A stretch of DNA of 64,000 nt. Origin: Octopus sinensis (lineage: Eukaryota). This document shows, one piece after another, positions 38,545-51,127 of the stretch. The stretch lies in the NCBI RefSeq assembly GCF_006345805.1, contig NC_043024.1, forward strand, positions 6,510,001-6,574,000, given 5' to 3'. Under the pieces are notes generated by a model. That model saw only the letters and a list, made by a program, of their open reading frames with translations. It did not search any database and had not been told where the DNA came from. Position 1 is the stretch's first letter; each line of letters starts with the position of its first letter. A program made the position numbers and the translations under genes.

Positions 38545-38718
38545 GAGTTAAAATGGGATGTGGTCTCTTGGCCAGGAGTGGTACTATGATGTTTGTTGAA
38601 GATTGTGTCACCACTTGCAGTTCGTCTTTGAAGGAGCCGAGGGTGTCGGGGGCAAAACGTATTGTGTAGATACAGCTCATCCCTGGCGCCACCAGACCCT
38701 GTTCGTTGGGGAATTGGC
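38545..38718 (-). CDS. DLEC1: DLEC1 exon GQFPNEQGLVAPGMSCIYTIRFAPD...PHPILT
   Basis: tttcag acceptor, gttagt donor, 174 nt, phase 1 to 1. Closely resembles DLEC1 GMVAPGMTCQY...PVLT. Confidence 0.93.
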
Positions 38719-38728
38719 CTGAAACAGA

Positions 38729-38966
38729 ATCATCATCATCATTATCATCATCATGACCATCACCATCATCATCACCACCACTTATCAACACCATCATCAT
38801 CATCATCACCATCATCATCACTGTCATGAACATTTTAATCATCATCATCGTCGTCATCATCATCACCATCACCATCATCATCGTCACTATCACCATCATC
38901 ACCACCATCACTACCACCATTATCACCACCACAACCACCACCATCACCATCACCACCACCACCACC

Positions 38967-39012
<46 letters not shown>

Positions 39013-39065
39013 CCTTCATCATCACCATCACCACCACCACCACCACCATCATCACCATCACCACC

Positions 39066-39099
<34 letters not shown>

Positions 39100-39590
39100 C
39101 CATCACCACCACCACCACCACCACCATCACCACCACCACCATCACCACCACCACCATCTCCATCGCCATCATCACCATCACTATCATCATCGTTGATGTT
39201 GTCATCGTCATCATCATCAGTCTCATGAAGACTACAACCATCATCATCACCATCCTCGCTGCCATGAACATTTTAACCAACATTTAGCCACAGCAGCAGC
39301 AGCAGCAGCAACTTGATTACCGCTGTTATCAATTACTCAACCACCACCACCACCACCATCACAATCATCAACATCATCATCATCATCGTCATTGTTGTCA
39401 TATTTACCCCCAAAATCACAATCCCCACCACCACCGTCACCATCATCACAACCATCACCATCAAAACCACAACGGCTAGTGGTAGCAGCATCATCATCAT
39501 CATCATCACCACAATAATGACATCATCAGCATCACCCTGCCACCACCGTCCCCACCCTCATTCCTTCCACAATCATTACCAACATCACTG
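38729..39590. repeat. Compound (ATC)/(ACC)n triplet tract
   Basis: Direct reading. Comparable (GAT)n tracts at 28717-28930 and 46630-46920. Confidence 0.95.
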
Positions 39591-40657
39591 AGCAGCATTT
39601 ATTGCTTTACTGTCCACAAGGGGTTAAACATAGAGGGGACAAACAAGGACAGACAAATGGATTAAGTCAATTATATCGACCCCAGTGCATAACTGGTACT
39701 TATTTAATCAATCTCTGAAAGGATGAAAGGCAAAGTCGACCTTGACGGAATTTGAACTCAGAACGTAGCGGCAGACGAAATACCTATTTCTTTACTACCC
39801 ACAAGGGGTTAAACATAGAGGGGACAAACAAGGACAGACAAATGGATTAAGTCAATTATATCGACCCCAGTGCATGACTGGTACTTATTTAATCAATCTC
39901 TGAAAGGATGAAAGGCAAAGTTGACCTCAGAGGAATTTGAACTCAGAACGGAGCGGCAGACGAAATACTGCTAAGCATTTTGCCCGGCGTGCTAACGATT
40001 CTGCCAGCTCGCCGCACAGCATTAGGAAGGAGCATCCAACCATAGAAGCCATGGCAAAGTCGACACTGGAGCACAGCATAGTCCTTGGGCCCACCGGATC
40101 CTGTTAAACCATCCAAATCATGCCAGCATGGAACATGGATGTTAAATGATGAGGGTGATGATAGCTGCTATTGTCAATATCATCATTTATGGATCTGGAC
40201 TGGAGTTCGCCCACCACTGTGTGGATACATTGTCAGTAGGAAATGGCAGCCAAATCTCCTTAAGATAATGAAGGAAAGGGACGCATAAGATGATGTAACG
40301 GTTCTGATAATTATGAATAGATGGTGATGGTCATGGCTGGAATGACTCGTGCATTTACTTAATCGAGTTTGATATGGAGGCTTAAGTAACAACCCACATA
40401 TGCACAGACAGACACAAGCAAACATATGCACACGCATGCATGCACATAGACAAACACACAAGCACACACACACATAAATAAGCACTTGTACACAAACACA
40501 CACACACAGAAGCCCATGCACACACACAACCAGACATACAAGTACATACACACATACACACACACAAGCACACAAGTACACACGCACACGCACACACAGA
40601 AATTGAAGCTGGTGAAAGAAGAAATAAAACCGGGTCGGAACTGTTTTTGAAACTCAC

Positions 40658-40745
40658 CAAGTCCAACTAAAAAGTATTTGGTTGCTGGTGGAATCACTCG
40701 ACACGGCCGAAGTACAGACGATACGTTCTTCAGTTCCAGTCTGGC
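40658..40745 (-). CDS. DLEC1: DLEC1 exon ARLELKNVSSVLRPCRVIPPATKYFLVGL
   Basis: caacag acceptor, gtgagt donor, 88 nt, phase 0 to 1. Confidence 0.92.
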
Positions 40746-40913
40746 CTGTTGAAAGACACAAAGAACACCAGACTGCAATTACTGTTGTTGCCGTTATTAT
40801 TGGCCCAAGTTCAGCCCCAAAGGAGCAGACCTCTGATCGAAATTGGTCAAATTGTACCTCGGCTAGCTTTGTCTTATTCAGGCACAGTGTACCTAGGGCT
40901 ACCTCATCTAATA

Positions 40914-41492
40914 CAGTGTTTCTCAACCCTTTTCACCCTTGTGTAACCCTTAAAATAAATTACCTGAATCAAGGAATCCCTGCACAAAAAAAAATTATAT
41001 TCCATATTTTTCTCGTATTTTTTCATCATAGTTCACGTGGGAAATATCATATCTATATTCTTTTACTCTTTTACTTGTTTCAGTCATTTGACTGTGGCCA
41101 TGCTGGAGCACCGCCTTTAGTCAAGCAATTCGACCCCAGGACTTATTCTTTGTAAGCCTAGTACATATTCTATCAGTCTCTTTTGCTGAACCGCTAAGTT
41201 ATGGGGACATAAACACAAACACACAAACATATATATATATATAAGCGATGTTGGGGGGACAACCGCACACACACACAAACATATACACACACATACATAT
41301 ATATACACATATACGATGAGCTTCTTTCAGTTTCCGTCTACCAAATCCACTCACAATGTTTTGGTCGGCCCGAGGCTATAGTAGGAGACACTTGCCCAAG
41401 GTGCCACTCAGTAGGCTTGAACCCAGAACCATGTGGTTGGTAAACAAGCTACTTACCATACAGCCACTCCTACGCCTGTGTGTGGGTGTGTA

Positions 41493-41564
<72 letters not shown>

Positions 41565-41966
41565 TAAAAAACGAATGATTTATACCTGGTAGCTTACTGG
41601 TAAATCATGGTCACTAAGACAGAAGATGGAAGATATGAGAATTTATTATTAATCACGACAATTGCTTCAACACATCTGGCATCGATCCCTCATGACTGAT
41701 ACACTCAATAACTGGCTCAGGAACATCCGGCGGAGCAGATGTCTCTCGTCAGGTGATAAATAAATACAACTCATTAAAGTAAGTTCTGCAATGTAACTTT
41801 GTGTTTTGTAGAGAGAAAAACAGCCAGATGGAGGAAATATCTTCATTTATGTAGAAGATCAAACATAAAATCACAGATGGCAAAAAGGGAAATGAACACA
41901 CAACCCAGCAGGAAGAGTATTAAAAATAGCTGTTAACAAATATGATGGATGCATGAGTACAAATAC

Positions 41967-42034
<68 letters not shown>

Positions 42035-42728
42035 GTATGTATATACATACAGAATGTCCATATATTACAGACATCACTAAATATATCACCAATGGCATAG
42101 GAATGGCTGTGTGGTAAGTAGCTTGCTTACCAACCACATGGTCCCGGGTTCAGTCCCACTGTGTGGCACCTTGGGCAAGTGTCTTCTACTATAGCCTCGG
42201 GGTAACCAAAGACTTGTGAGTGGATTTGATAGACGGAAACTGAAAGAAGCTCATCGTATATATATATATATAAGTATATATATGCGTGTGTGTGTGTGTA
42301 TGTGTGTGTGTGTCTGTGTTTGACCCCACCCCCAACATTGCTTGACAACCGATGCTGGTGTGTTTATGTCCCCGTAACTTAGCAGTTCAGCAAAAGAGAC
42401 CAATAGAATAAGTACTAAGCTGACAAATAATAAGTCCTAGGTGTGATTTGCTCGACTAAAAGCAGTGCTCCAGCATGGCCACAGTCAAATGACAGAAACA
42501 AGTAAAAGAGTAACAGAGTAATGGTTGTAATATTTTGTTGATAACATAATAGGTTAGATAGGATGATGTCTATATTACAATATTACAATAACCAACAATA
42601 TGCTGTGCGTGTGTAGTAATATTACAATCATGAAATTAGCATTAGCTTATCTCACTCTTTCTCATGAAAGCCCTAGGAACCTTTTGTGGAACCCTAGAGT
42701 TCTGAGTAACCCTGGTTGAGAAATGCTG
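40914..42728. mobile_element. hAT (Charlie-like) non-autonomous element with nested inserts
   Basis: TIRs CAGTGTTTCTCAACC and GGTTGAGAAATGCTG; 8-nt TSD atctaata/atctaatg. Confidence 0.75.
41652..41757 (-). ncRNA. Hammerhead-like motif with long stem II (core variant)
   Basis: atcac CTGACGA gagacatctg...cagatgtgtt GAAGC aatt GTC gtgat. GAAAC is replaced by GAAGC. Confidence 0.6.
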
Positions 42729-43212
42729 ATCTAATGTGACATCCCTTCTTGTAGTTTTTATTAATCCAAGTTCAGCCCTGCTTGAGCAGACTTCTGATCA
42801 AAGACATTCCATCTTATTTTATATTTAGTCATAGTGTATCTAGGACCATATCATCCAATGTGTCATTCTTTTGTTTTGTTTTTGTTTTTTATTTTAGCCA
42901 AAGGCCTACCTTGACCCCGTGACCTATAACAGAGTTAATGCTAGGGGGCGTATATTCTGGGTATGCTAGGTATGCAATGCACACCTTTCAAAAATGGCAA
43001 ATTTATTATGAATATTAACCTTACTAAAATCACAAATCTTAATGGAAAACTTTTTCCCCCTCTCAGATTCACACACTTTTGCTGTAGCTCTTCAGTTTTT
43101 CTAAGCCCTGTAAAAAAACTCGGAAGGTTTGGCCTCTTACCAGGCCTTTTGCAACACTTTTAAAGCCAGAAAGTTTTCAGCACACACTCATACACACACA
43201 CACACACACAAA

Positions 43213-43420
43213 GGAGTGCTGAGAAGTTCCTGGCTTTGGGTAAACGAAAATAAAGGAAGATCAGTTAATTATGATTTTATCTGACATGTTCCCCTCTCAG
43301 ACTCACACACTTATTGCAGCAGTCCTTCATTTTTCTAATCCCTGTGAAAGAACTTGGAAGGTTAGGCCTTCAACCAGGCCTTTCACGATACCCCTAAAGC
43401 CAGGAACTTTTCAACACCCA
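43213..43420. mobile_element. Mariner-derived MITE (partial copies at about 7795-7940 and 43060-43185)
   Basis: TIRs gtgctgagaagttcctggcttt and aaagccaggaacttttcaacac; internal sequence shared between copies. Confidence 0.7.
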
Positions 43421-43901
43421 GCACCCGTTTGTTTACTCTGGGCCAGAACCTTTGACCTTAGCCTATAAATATTTGGATGGGGAAATGGTGGTAGGTGTCA
43501 CTATCATTACAAGAAACTTTCATGCCTTTTTAGGGGGTCGATAAAATTAGTACCAGCTGTGTACTAGGGTTGATTTAATTAGCCTCACAGCAGCCGCTGG
43601 ACAACCAGTGCAAGTGACATTAAAAACAAACTCTCAGTTTATATTGTAATGTGTTTGATGTTAGAAAGGGCAACCATGGTGCACTCAACCATAGCATAAA
43701 TCACATTTAAGTGTAACAGTGATAAATGCATAATAGAACATACGGGCAAAATAGGTTTCATCCTGAGGCCCCAAGTTGTCCTGAGCATTGCAGAAGGTCA
43801 CTGGGCATGCTTTTGGGGTCCAAGCAGAATCCCTGAACACTAATTTTTGTCATCACAGATCAATCTATGACAAGCCTAACATCAATCACAATCAAGCGTA
43901 C

Positions 43902-43991
43902 CATGTGATCCCTAATCATGTGATCCCTAATCATGTGATCCCTAATCATGTGATCCCTAATCATGTGATCCCTAATCATGTGATCCCTAAT
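43902..43991. repeat. Minisatellite (CATGTGATCCCTAAT) x6
   Basis: Six perfect 15-nt units. Confidence 0.97.
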
Positions 43992-44320
43992 CAGGGATCA
44001 CTGAGTCAGCAATGAACAGGAATAGATGCATAATCAGGAACCAAGGATAGTTTCTTTTGCTAATTCTCTCTTCTTCTCTCCCTCCCTTTCTTTCTCTCTC
44101 TCTCTCTTTCTCATACTCTCTCCCCTCTCTCCCTCCCTTTCTTTCTCTCTCTTCCCTCTGAAATCAAGAAGAATCAGTGATAAACAAGGATAGATGCATT
44201 ATGAAACACCAAGGATAGTCTCTCTCTCTCCTAGTCTCCCCCTTCTCACTCACTCTCTCTCTCTCTCTCTCTCTCTCTCCCCCCTCTGAAATCAAGGTAC
44301 AAATCAAAGACAGACCTTAC

Positions 44321-44390
44321 CTCGTATATCTCACCGCTTCTGTAATCCGTAAAGAGAATTTTCCGAGGGGTCGGCAGGAAGAGAGGAGAC
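44321..44390 (-). CDS. DLEC1: DLEC1 exon SPLFLPTPRKILFTDYRSGEIYE
   Basis: ctcag acceptor, gtaagg donor, 70 nt, phase 2 to 0. FTDY..G.xYE motif. Confidence 0.9.
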
Positions 44391-45336
44391 CTGAGGGACA
44401 AGAAAATGATCAAAGAAGACATCATTCATTTACACAGGAAACTGTCCCCACCCCACGATTCCTTGCTACACTTTTGAAGAAAAATTAATAAATTTCTTTA
44501 GTTGTGAGTTAGAGAGAAGTTAAGTTAACCTCAAAATATAACAGGTATGTAATTCATTGCCCTGCCTCCCTTTCCCCTCGAAACATCAAAGCTTCTTTCA
44601 ATAATACATTTATTCACCATCATATATTTTAACCCTTTCCATATATATATATTATACAAATAATAAAATGGAGAAACAAATTTAGTGTGGTAAGTAGCTT
44701 GCTTACCAACCACACGGTTTCCGGGTCAGTCCCACTGCGTGGCATCTTGGGCAAGTGTCTCTGCTATAGCCCCGGGCCACCAATGACCTTGTGAGTGGAT
44801 CTGGTAGACGGAAACTGAAAGAAGCCTGTCGTATATATATATATGTGTGTGTGTATATGTCTGTGTCTGTGTGTCCTCCTAGCATTGCTTGAAAACGGAT
44901 GCTGGTGTGTGTTACGTACTCGTCACTTAGCGGTTCGGCAAAAGAGACCGATAGAATAAGTCCGGGCTTACAAAGAAAAGTCCTGGGGTCGATTTGTCGC
45001 CTAAAAGGTGGTTGCTCCAGCATGGCCGCAGTCAAATGACTGAAACAAGTAAAGAAGAGTAACTTTCAGATATTATAGTTGAATTATTTATTCATTTAAC
45101 AAAATGAGAACTTCAATAGCATACAAATATATCTTATAATTCAATACATATAGGTTCACTTGAACCTATTGTTTAATTGTATTTATTTATTTTACACATG
45201 TAAATAGTATATACACTTTGCTTATATATGTATATGTATATGGCTATATGGATATTTGTTTATTTTTTTATATATATTAAATAATACATGTATCATGTTT
45301 AATGTATTATTATTAATATTTTTAAAGTTCCTTATA

Positions 45337-45470
45337 ACCTTTGATGAGGCCTATGGTTATTTATATAAGTACCCTATTTTTAAATGCCTATAACCTCAGT
45401 ATGTTGACACCGATAGGCAATGAAAATAAAATTATCTACTTTTAGCCATAGGCTGAAACAGCTGTAAGAA
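45337..45470 (+). ncRNA. Degenerate hammerhead with palindromic stem III
   Basis: TTGATGA GGCCTATGG...CCATAGGCT GAA ACAGCTGT A. C3 is mutated. Confidence 0.55.
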
Positions 45471-45900
45471 GTGATTTTAATGATTTCATTAATTTATATT
45501 ATGACTTTTATAACTTGTATTCTTATCTTATATATATTGAATTATAAGATATATATGTATGCTATTGAAGTTCTCATTTTGTTGAATGAATAAATAATCC
45601 AACATTCTAATATCCGAAAGTTGATGAACAAACTAAATTTGTTTCTCCGTTTTCTTATTTGTATTATAAATTTACGGTAAAAATATTTCTTTACCTTCAC
45701 CCGTTTAATACAATAAATGAGTTAATTGCATTGTAATTAAAAAAATCTATGTATTAAGGATCTAAGTACTGTACCAACAGTATATTGGATAAATACTATC
45801 CCATAGTGGGTTACACCCATAACCCCTATCTTACTTTGTATTATATATATATATCAACTCGTGTGTTCCTTTTCAACCTTCAACATATATATATATATAC

Positions 45901-45937
<37 letters not shown>

Positions 45938-46215
45938 CATATATAGACAAACATATATAGACATACATATATATATACATATATATACATATATATATAG
46001 ACAAACATATATAGACATACATATATATATACATATATATACATAATATATATATAATATTATATATATATATACATACATACTATATATATATATATAT
46101 ATATATACAAACATATATATATACATATATATATACATATATATATATTTATACATACATATATACATACATACATACATACATACATACATACATACAT
46201 ACATACATACATGTA

Positions 46216-46246
<31 letters not shown>

Positions 46247-46269
46247 GGACGAGAACAATTTTGCAAAAA

Positions 46270-46920
46270 AGTGCCAGTCTTTAACTGTGGAGCGAATCTG
46301 TGGAAGAGGTAGAGCCAAGAAGACATGGGACAAGGTGGTGAAGCATGATTTTCAAATGATGGGCTTCATGAGGGCAATGACAAGTGACCGAGACCCTTGG
46401 CAATATGTTGTGCTTGAGAAGACTCATCAAGCCAAGTGGAATCATACTTGTGGCCATTGCTGGTGGCACGTAAAAAGCACGCATTACACTCTTGGAGGGA
46501 GTGGTTGGCATTAGGAAGGGCATCCAACCATAGGAACCAAGCCAAACCGGATAGGAACCTGGAGCAGCTCTCTGGCTTGCCAGCTCTGGTTAAACCATCT
46601 AATCCATACCAGCATGAAAAATGGACGTTAAAGAATGATGTCGTTGATGATGATGATGTTGATGGTGATAATGATGGTAATGATGATGAAGGTGATGATG
46701 ATGATGATGATGATGACAATGATGAAGACAATGATGATGATGATGATGATGATAAAGATGATGATAATGATGATGATGATAAGGATGATGATGATGATGA
46801 CAATAATGATGATGACGATGACGACAATCATGATGATGATGATGACAACGACGATGATAACGATGATGATTATGATGATGACGACGACGATGACGATGAT
46901 GATAACGATGCTGATGATAC
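46270..46920 (+). mobile_element. RTE LINE 3' end with 3' UTR and expanded (GAT)n tail
   Basis: [16 protein letters not shown] peptide like that at 27950, a common UTR repeat, then (GAT)n. Other fragments lie at about 762-900(-), 8430-8640, 17090-17327, 35720-36440(-) and 61960-62215(-). Confidence 0.75.
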
Positions 46921-47029
46921 AGAAGGCCACACATACTCATCTCTAGAAAATGTATTGAAAGTCATAATATTTTACCAAAGTTTGCTCAGTGGAAAAATAA
47001 TTTCCAAGAGGACAAATAACAATTCTTAC

Positions 47030-47238
47030 TCTTTGACTTGTTCCTCTGCAGAAGCGACAGAACTTGGGCAACTTTTGTTTCCAGGAATCTCTGTCAGTAA
47101 TCTAGGCTTGAGCTTGTCACTCAGTTTACGGTTTCGAGGGTTCACCAGAAAATTCACTGGAGCTAACATCTGCTCTGCAAAGTCCTTCTCACATTGGAGG
47201 CCATTGGTTAAGGGGTTACTCTCTCTCTTTCTTGGAAT
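47030..47238 (-). CDS. DLEC1: DLEC1 exon IPRKRES...VNFLVNPR...EEQVK
   Basis: aag acceptor, gtaaga donor, 209 nt, phase 0 to 2. NFLxNPR motif. Confidence 0.8.
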
Positions 47239-47775
47239 CTTTTAAATTGAAACAGAGAATTAACGAAAACTAGAATAGGATGATACATGGTTGAGATATA
47301 ATGGAGCCTAAGGGAGGTGGGCACCAAACAGAGGGAGGGCAATCAAGGGTCGATCGGGTCCTAACACTGTGCACATTCTCTCCTGATTACGCACACACAC
47401 ACACACATATATTATTGATTTTATTATTATTGATTTAAAGATAATATTAAAATCAATAATATAAAGACGTAGTCAATTTAATGTTTATTTAATTTAGTGA
47501 TTTTTAGAATAATATTTATTATAATATATTTAGATTTTTTCTATATGATTTAATATAGATAATATCTTTCACTATCAAGTGAACGACTTAATAGAGGTCA
47601 TTTTCTCTTAATTATATAAGTTTAAATAATAAAAAAATGGAGAAAACATTTGATCAACAAACAAACTGGACCACATCTGTAGAATATTTTTTAATACAAA
47701 ACATGACGTAACATTTCTTACAACCGTTTCCGCATCCAATGCCAGTCAGTGCTTATATATATATTCTTGACACCA

Positions 47776-47826
47776 AGCTTCCTGATGATTTCATTTGAAT
47801 GAAACAGTTCTAGTCCTGTAGAAGCT
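47776..47826 (+). ncRNA. Type I hammerhead ribozyme in 5' pLTR
   Basis: Stem I agcttc/gaagct; core CTGATGA; short stem II ttc-attt-gaa; GAAAC; stem III ACAG/CTGT; GUA cleavage triplet ending at 47820. Confidence 0.88.
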
Positions 47827-47957
47827 CCTTCTATAAAATAAATTAATTTACTCTGCTATGTATTGAGTACCTTATTTACTGTGGTTAACCCCGACTCAAC
47901 CCGGGACCTACATATCCTAGCACACCCCAGTGCCCTTATAACCATCACCAAGAAAAA

Positions 47958-50085
47958 ATGCTGACAAGAATCGACCTCAACACTTCCTTGAAGAACATTA
48001 CTATCCCACCAAGGAAACAGTATCAAAAAGCCCTCATTAGACGGAGTGATGAGTTCATCAAAAGAATTAGATGGAGATCGTTCTTTTTCGACCAGCCTGA
48101 TGTAGCATCTACCAATAATGAAAAGTACGGCTTCAAATCTAATAAGGCCCCTCCTACCAACAGCCTACTCGAACCTTTTGAAGAAGACCTCTTCCTTATG
48201 ATAAAAAATATCAAATTCAGGAAAGTCAACCTACCTTTCCAAACGGACCTTAATGAGAAACTCTCGAAAATGAAAAGCTCCCCGCACCTCCATGTCCCTT
48301 CAGACAAGACAAAAAATATTTACGCGGTGACTCCTGATACCTACAACAGACTAGCTGATAACGCCATCACAGCTAAGTACAAAAAAGTTGATGACACAGC
48401 TTTAACTGAAACTAACTTAGCCGGGAAGGAGATCGCCACTTCCCTTAAACTGGATGACCGAACAGAACCTCTGAGGGTGAAGTCCCCACACTTCACCCTG
48501 AAAGACCACAAAGACAATTTCGAAAATAAACCATCAGTCCAACTGATTAACCCAACCAAGTCTGACATCGGATCCATCAGCAAGAAGATCCTGGACAGGA
48601 TTCTACCTAAGATACGTGAAGCTTCACCCCTTCCACTCTGGAATAGGACCTCCGATGCAATAACATGGTTCCGGGATTTACCTGACAAGAGCAACACCCG
48701 ATTCCTACAAGTAGATATCGAGGATTACTACGCCTCCATATCGGAGAGCCTGCTGATTGACGCGATTAACTTCGCTAGGATGTTCTCCACCATCACCGAA
48801 GCTGAGCAAGATGTGATCCTCCATGCACGTAAGACCTTTCTTTACCACGACGGATCCCACTGGATCAACAAAAAATCCGTGATCCCCTTCGACGTCAGCA
48901 TGGGTGCTAGCGACTCGGCTGAAATAAGTGACCTTGTGGGCCTTTTCATCCTCCATAGGCTGAAGACCCTATTCACAGGCCTCTCCGGTGGTCTCTACCG
49001 CGATGATGGCCTTTTTGCCCTCCACAAAATAAACCCCAGGACCACAGATAGGTTCCAGAAAAACCTTTACACTTTTTTTAAAAACTTAGGTCTTAGGATT
49101 ACCTTAGATTCGAACTTAACCAAAGCTAACTTCCTTGACGTTACCCTCAACTTAAAAACCTCCCTTTATTACCCGTACCATAAACCAAATGAATCCCTTA
49201 GATATATAGACATTAATTCTAACCACCCCAAAAATATATTAGAGAACCTAGTGAAAAGTGTCTCCATTAGAATATCTAGCCTGTCCGCTACCGAAGATAT
49301 CTTTAATGCCGCAGCCCCCTATTACAACGAGGCCCTGGCCCGCTTTAAAGATAAGATCACCTACATTAGCATAGCTCCACGCCAACCCAGGAAAAATAGG
49401 CGAAGACACATTAGCTGGTACAACCCCCCCCCCTTCAAACCGTGAAGTCGCAACACCTGTAGCTAAAATTCTTCACTCTCCTACAAAAACACTTCCCCAC
49501 CCAACAAAGTACTATACAATCCTTAAAAGAACACCATTAGACTCTCCTACTCCACACCCCAATCTAGCCAGATCCTAGCCAACAATAACGTAAAAAAACT
49601 TAATAAATCTACTTTTTCAAAGCCCATCCAAACATCGAAAGCAATTTCAACTGCCCTGATAAAACCACTTGCCCCTCAACACAACTGCCTACAGAAGGAC
49701 CTCGTCTACATATGCGAGGTACGATCAGGCCCGATGATAAAAGAAAAATCGTACATCGGAATGACGTCAAATAGCTTTAAGACTCGCTGGTACGCCCACA
49801 CACACTCGTTCGGCGACCTGACAATCTAACCAGACCACTCTCGCCGCCCACATCTGGTACCTTAAAAGGAACTCCATCCCCTTCAAGATCAAGTGGAGAC
49901 TACTACAGAGGGCGCGTTCGTACACAGGAGGCCATACCTGCTGTGACCTTTGCATTTCTGAGAGCCTGGAGATCTTGTTCGCCAAAGGCCCTCTCCTCAA
50001 CAAGATGTCGGAACACTCCCCAAACTGTATGCACAAAATTTATGCAAACTACAAAAACTACAGACCCACCAGGCAACCCGATTGA
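47958..50085 (+). pseudogene. PLE reverse transcriptase and C-terminal GIY-YIG endonuclease (3' part frameshifted)
   Basis: 495-aa intact ORF with QVDIEDYYASI, FDVSMGASDSAEISDLVGLFIL, GLYRDDGL, NFLDVTL and SNHP. It continues across 1-nt shifts as NC..C....C, LVYICEV...YIGMT...FKTRWYAH, CDLC..E and C.H, to TGA at 50083-50085. Confidence 0.9.
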
Positions 50086-50164
50086 CGACACCCCACCCAC
50101 AAAAACCCCCCACCCCCACCGTTCCTTCAGCACCCCCAATTACCTTCTCTCCTAAGACTATTCA

Positions 50165-50376
50165 CATATATATGGATGTTGGCATGTGTGCGTGTGCGTA
50201 CATATATGTATACGAGTGCATATACGTATTTGTATGTGAGTGTATGTGCGACAGTGTACGTACATGTGTATGTGAAGGCATGCATACGTGTGCATGTGTA
50301 TATGTGTACATGTTTTTGTATGTGTATATGTGTGTATATGTGTGTGTGTGATGTGTATGTGATATATATATATATG

Positions 50377-50423
<47 letters not shown>

Positions 50424-50749
50424 ATATATATGTATGTATATATATGTGTATGTGTATATGTGTATATATGTGTATGCGTAGATGTATGTGTATGTATATG
50501 GACATATATGTATTTATGGATATATATGTATGGATATATATGTATATGTATTTATGGATATATATGTATGTGTATGTATGTATGTATATGTATGTGTGTA
50601 TATGTAAATGTGTATGTGTGCATATGTGTGTACATATATGTGTGTGTATGTACTAGTGTATGAGTGTGTGTGTATACGGGTATATATTTGTGTGTAGGTA
50701 TATGCTTGTGTATATGTTTATGGGTGTGTATTTGTACACACACACATAT

Positions 50750-50783
<34 letters not shown>

Positions 50784-50886
50784 ATATATATATGTATGGG
50801 TGTAAATATGAATATACGTATGTATATGTGTACGTGTATTTACATATGTATATATCTTTATTTGTATATATATATATATTTATATA

Positions 50887-50922
<36 letters not shown>

Positions 50923-51082
50923 GATGTAAATTTGGGTTTGGATATGAATATGAATTTGATATGGATATGGATATATATTGGTATGTGCTTATGTGTGTGG
51001 ATCTATGTGTTTGTATGTATGTATGTAAAGGTGTATAGGTATATATATGTACGTGGGTGTTTTGATGTATATGTATATATAT

Positions 51083-51127
<45 letters not shown>

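Noticed and set aside
38540-39287. Poly-Met/Val, poly-His and poly-Thr ORFs
   Set aside because: Triplet microsatellite; only 38545-38718 is a real exon.
43902-43991. CRISPR-like array
   Set aside because: No spacers, and the context is eukaryotic; it is a plain minisatellite.
46436-47245. 269-aa Asp-rich ORF on the plus strand
   Set aside because: Reads through a LINE UTR, a (GAT)n tail and the antisense of a DLEC1 exon. The same applies to 28644-29065.
49640-50085. Selenocysteine (UGA) codons and SECIS, reported for some Naiad elements
   Set aside because: The Cys positions I could align use TGC or TGT (one reads TTC). No in-frame UGA at a Cys site and no convincing SECIS.
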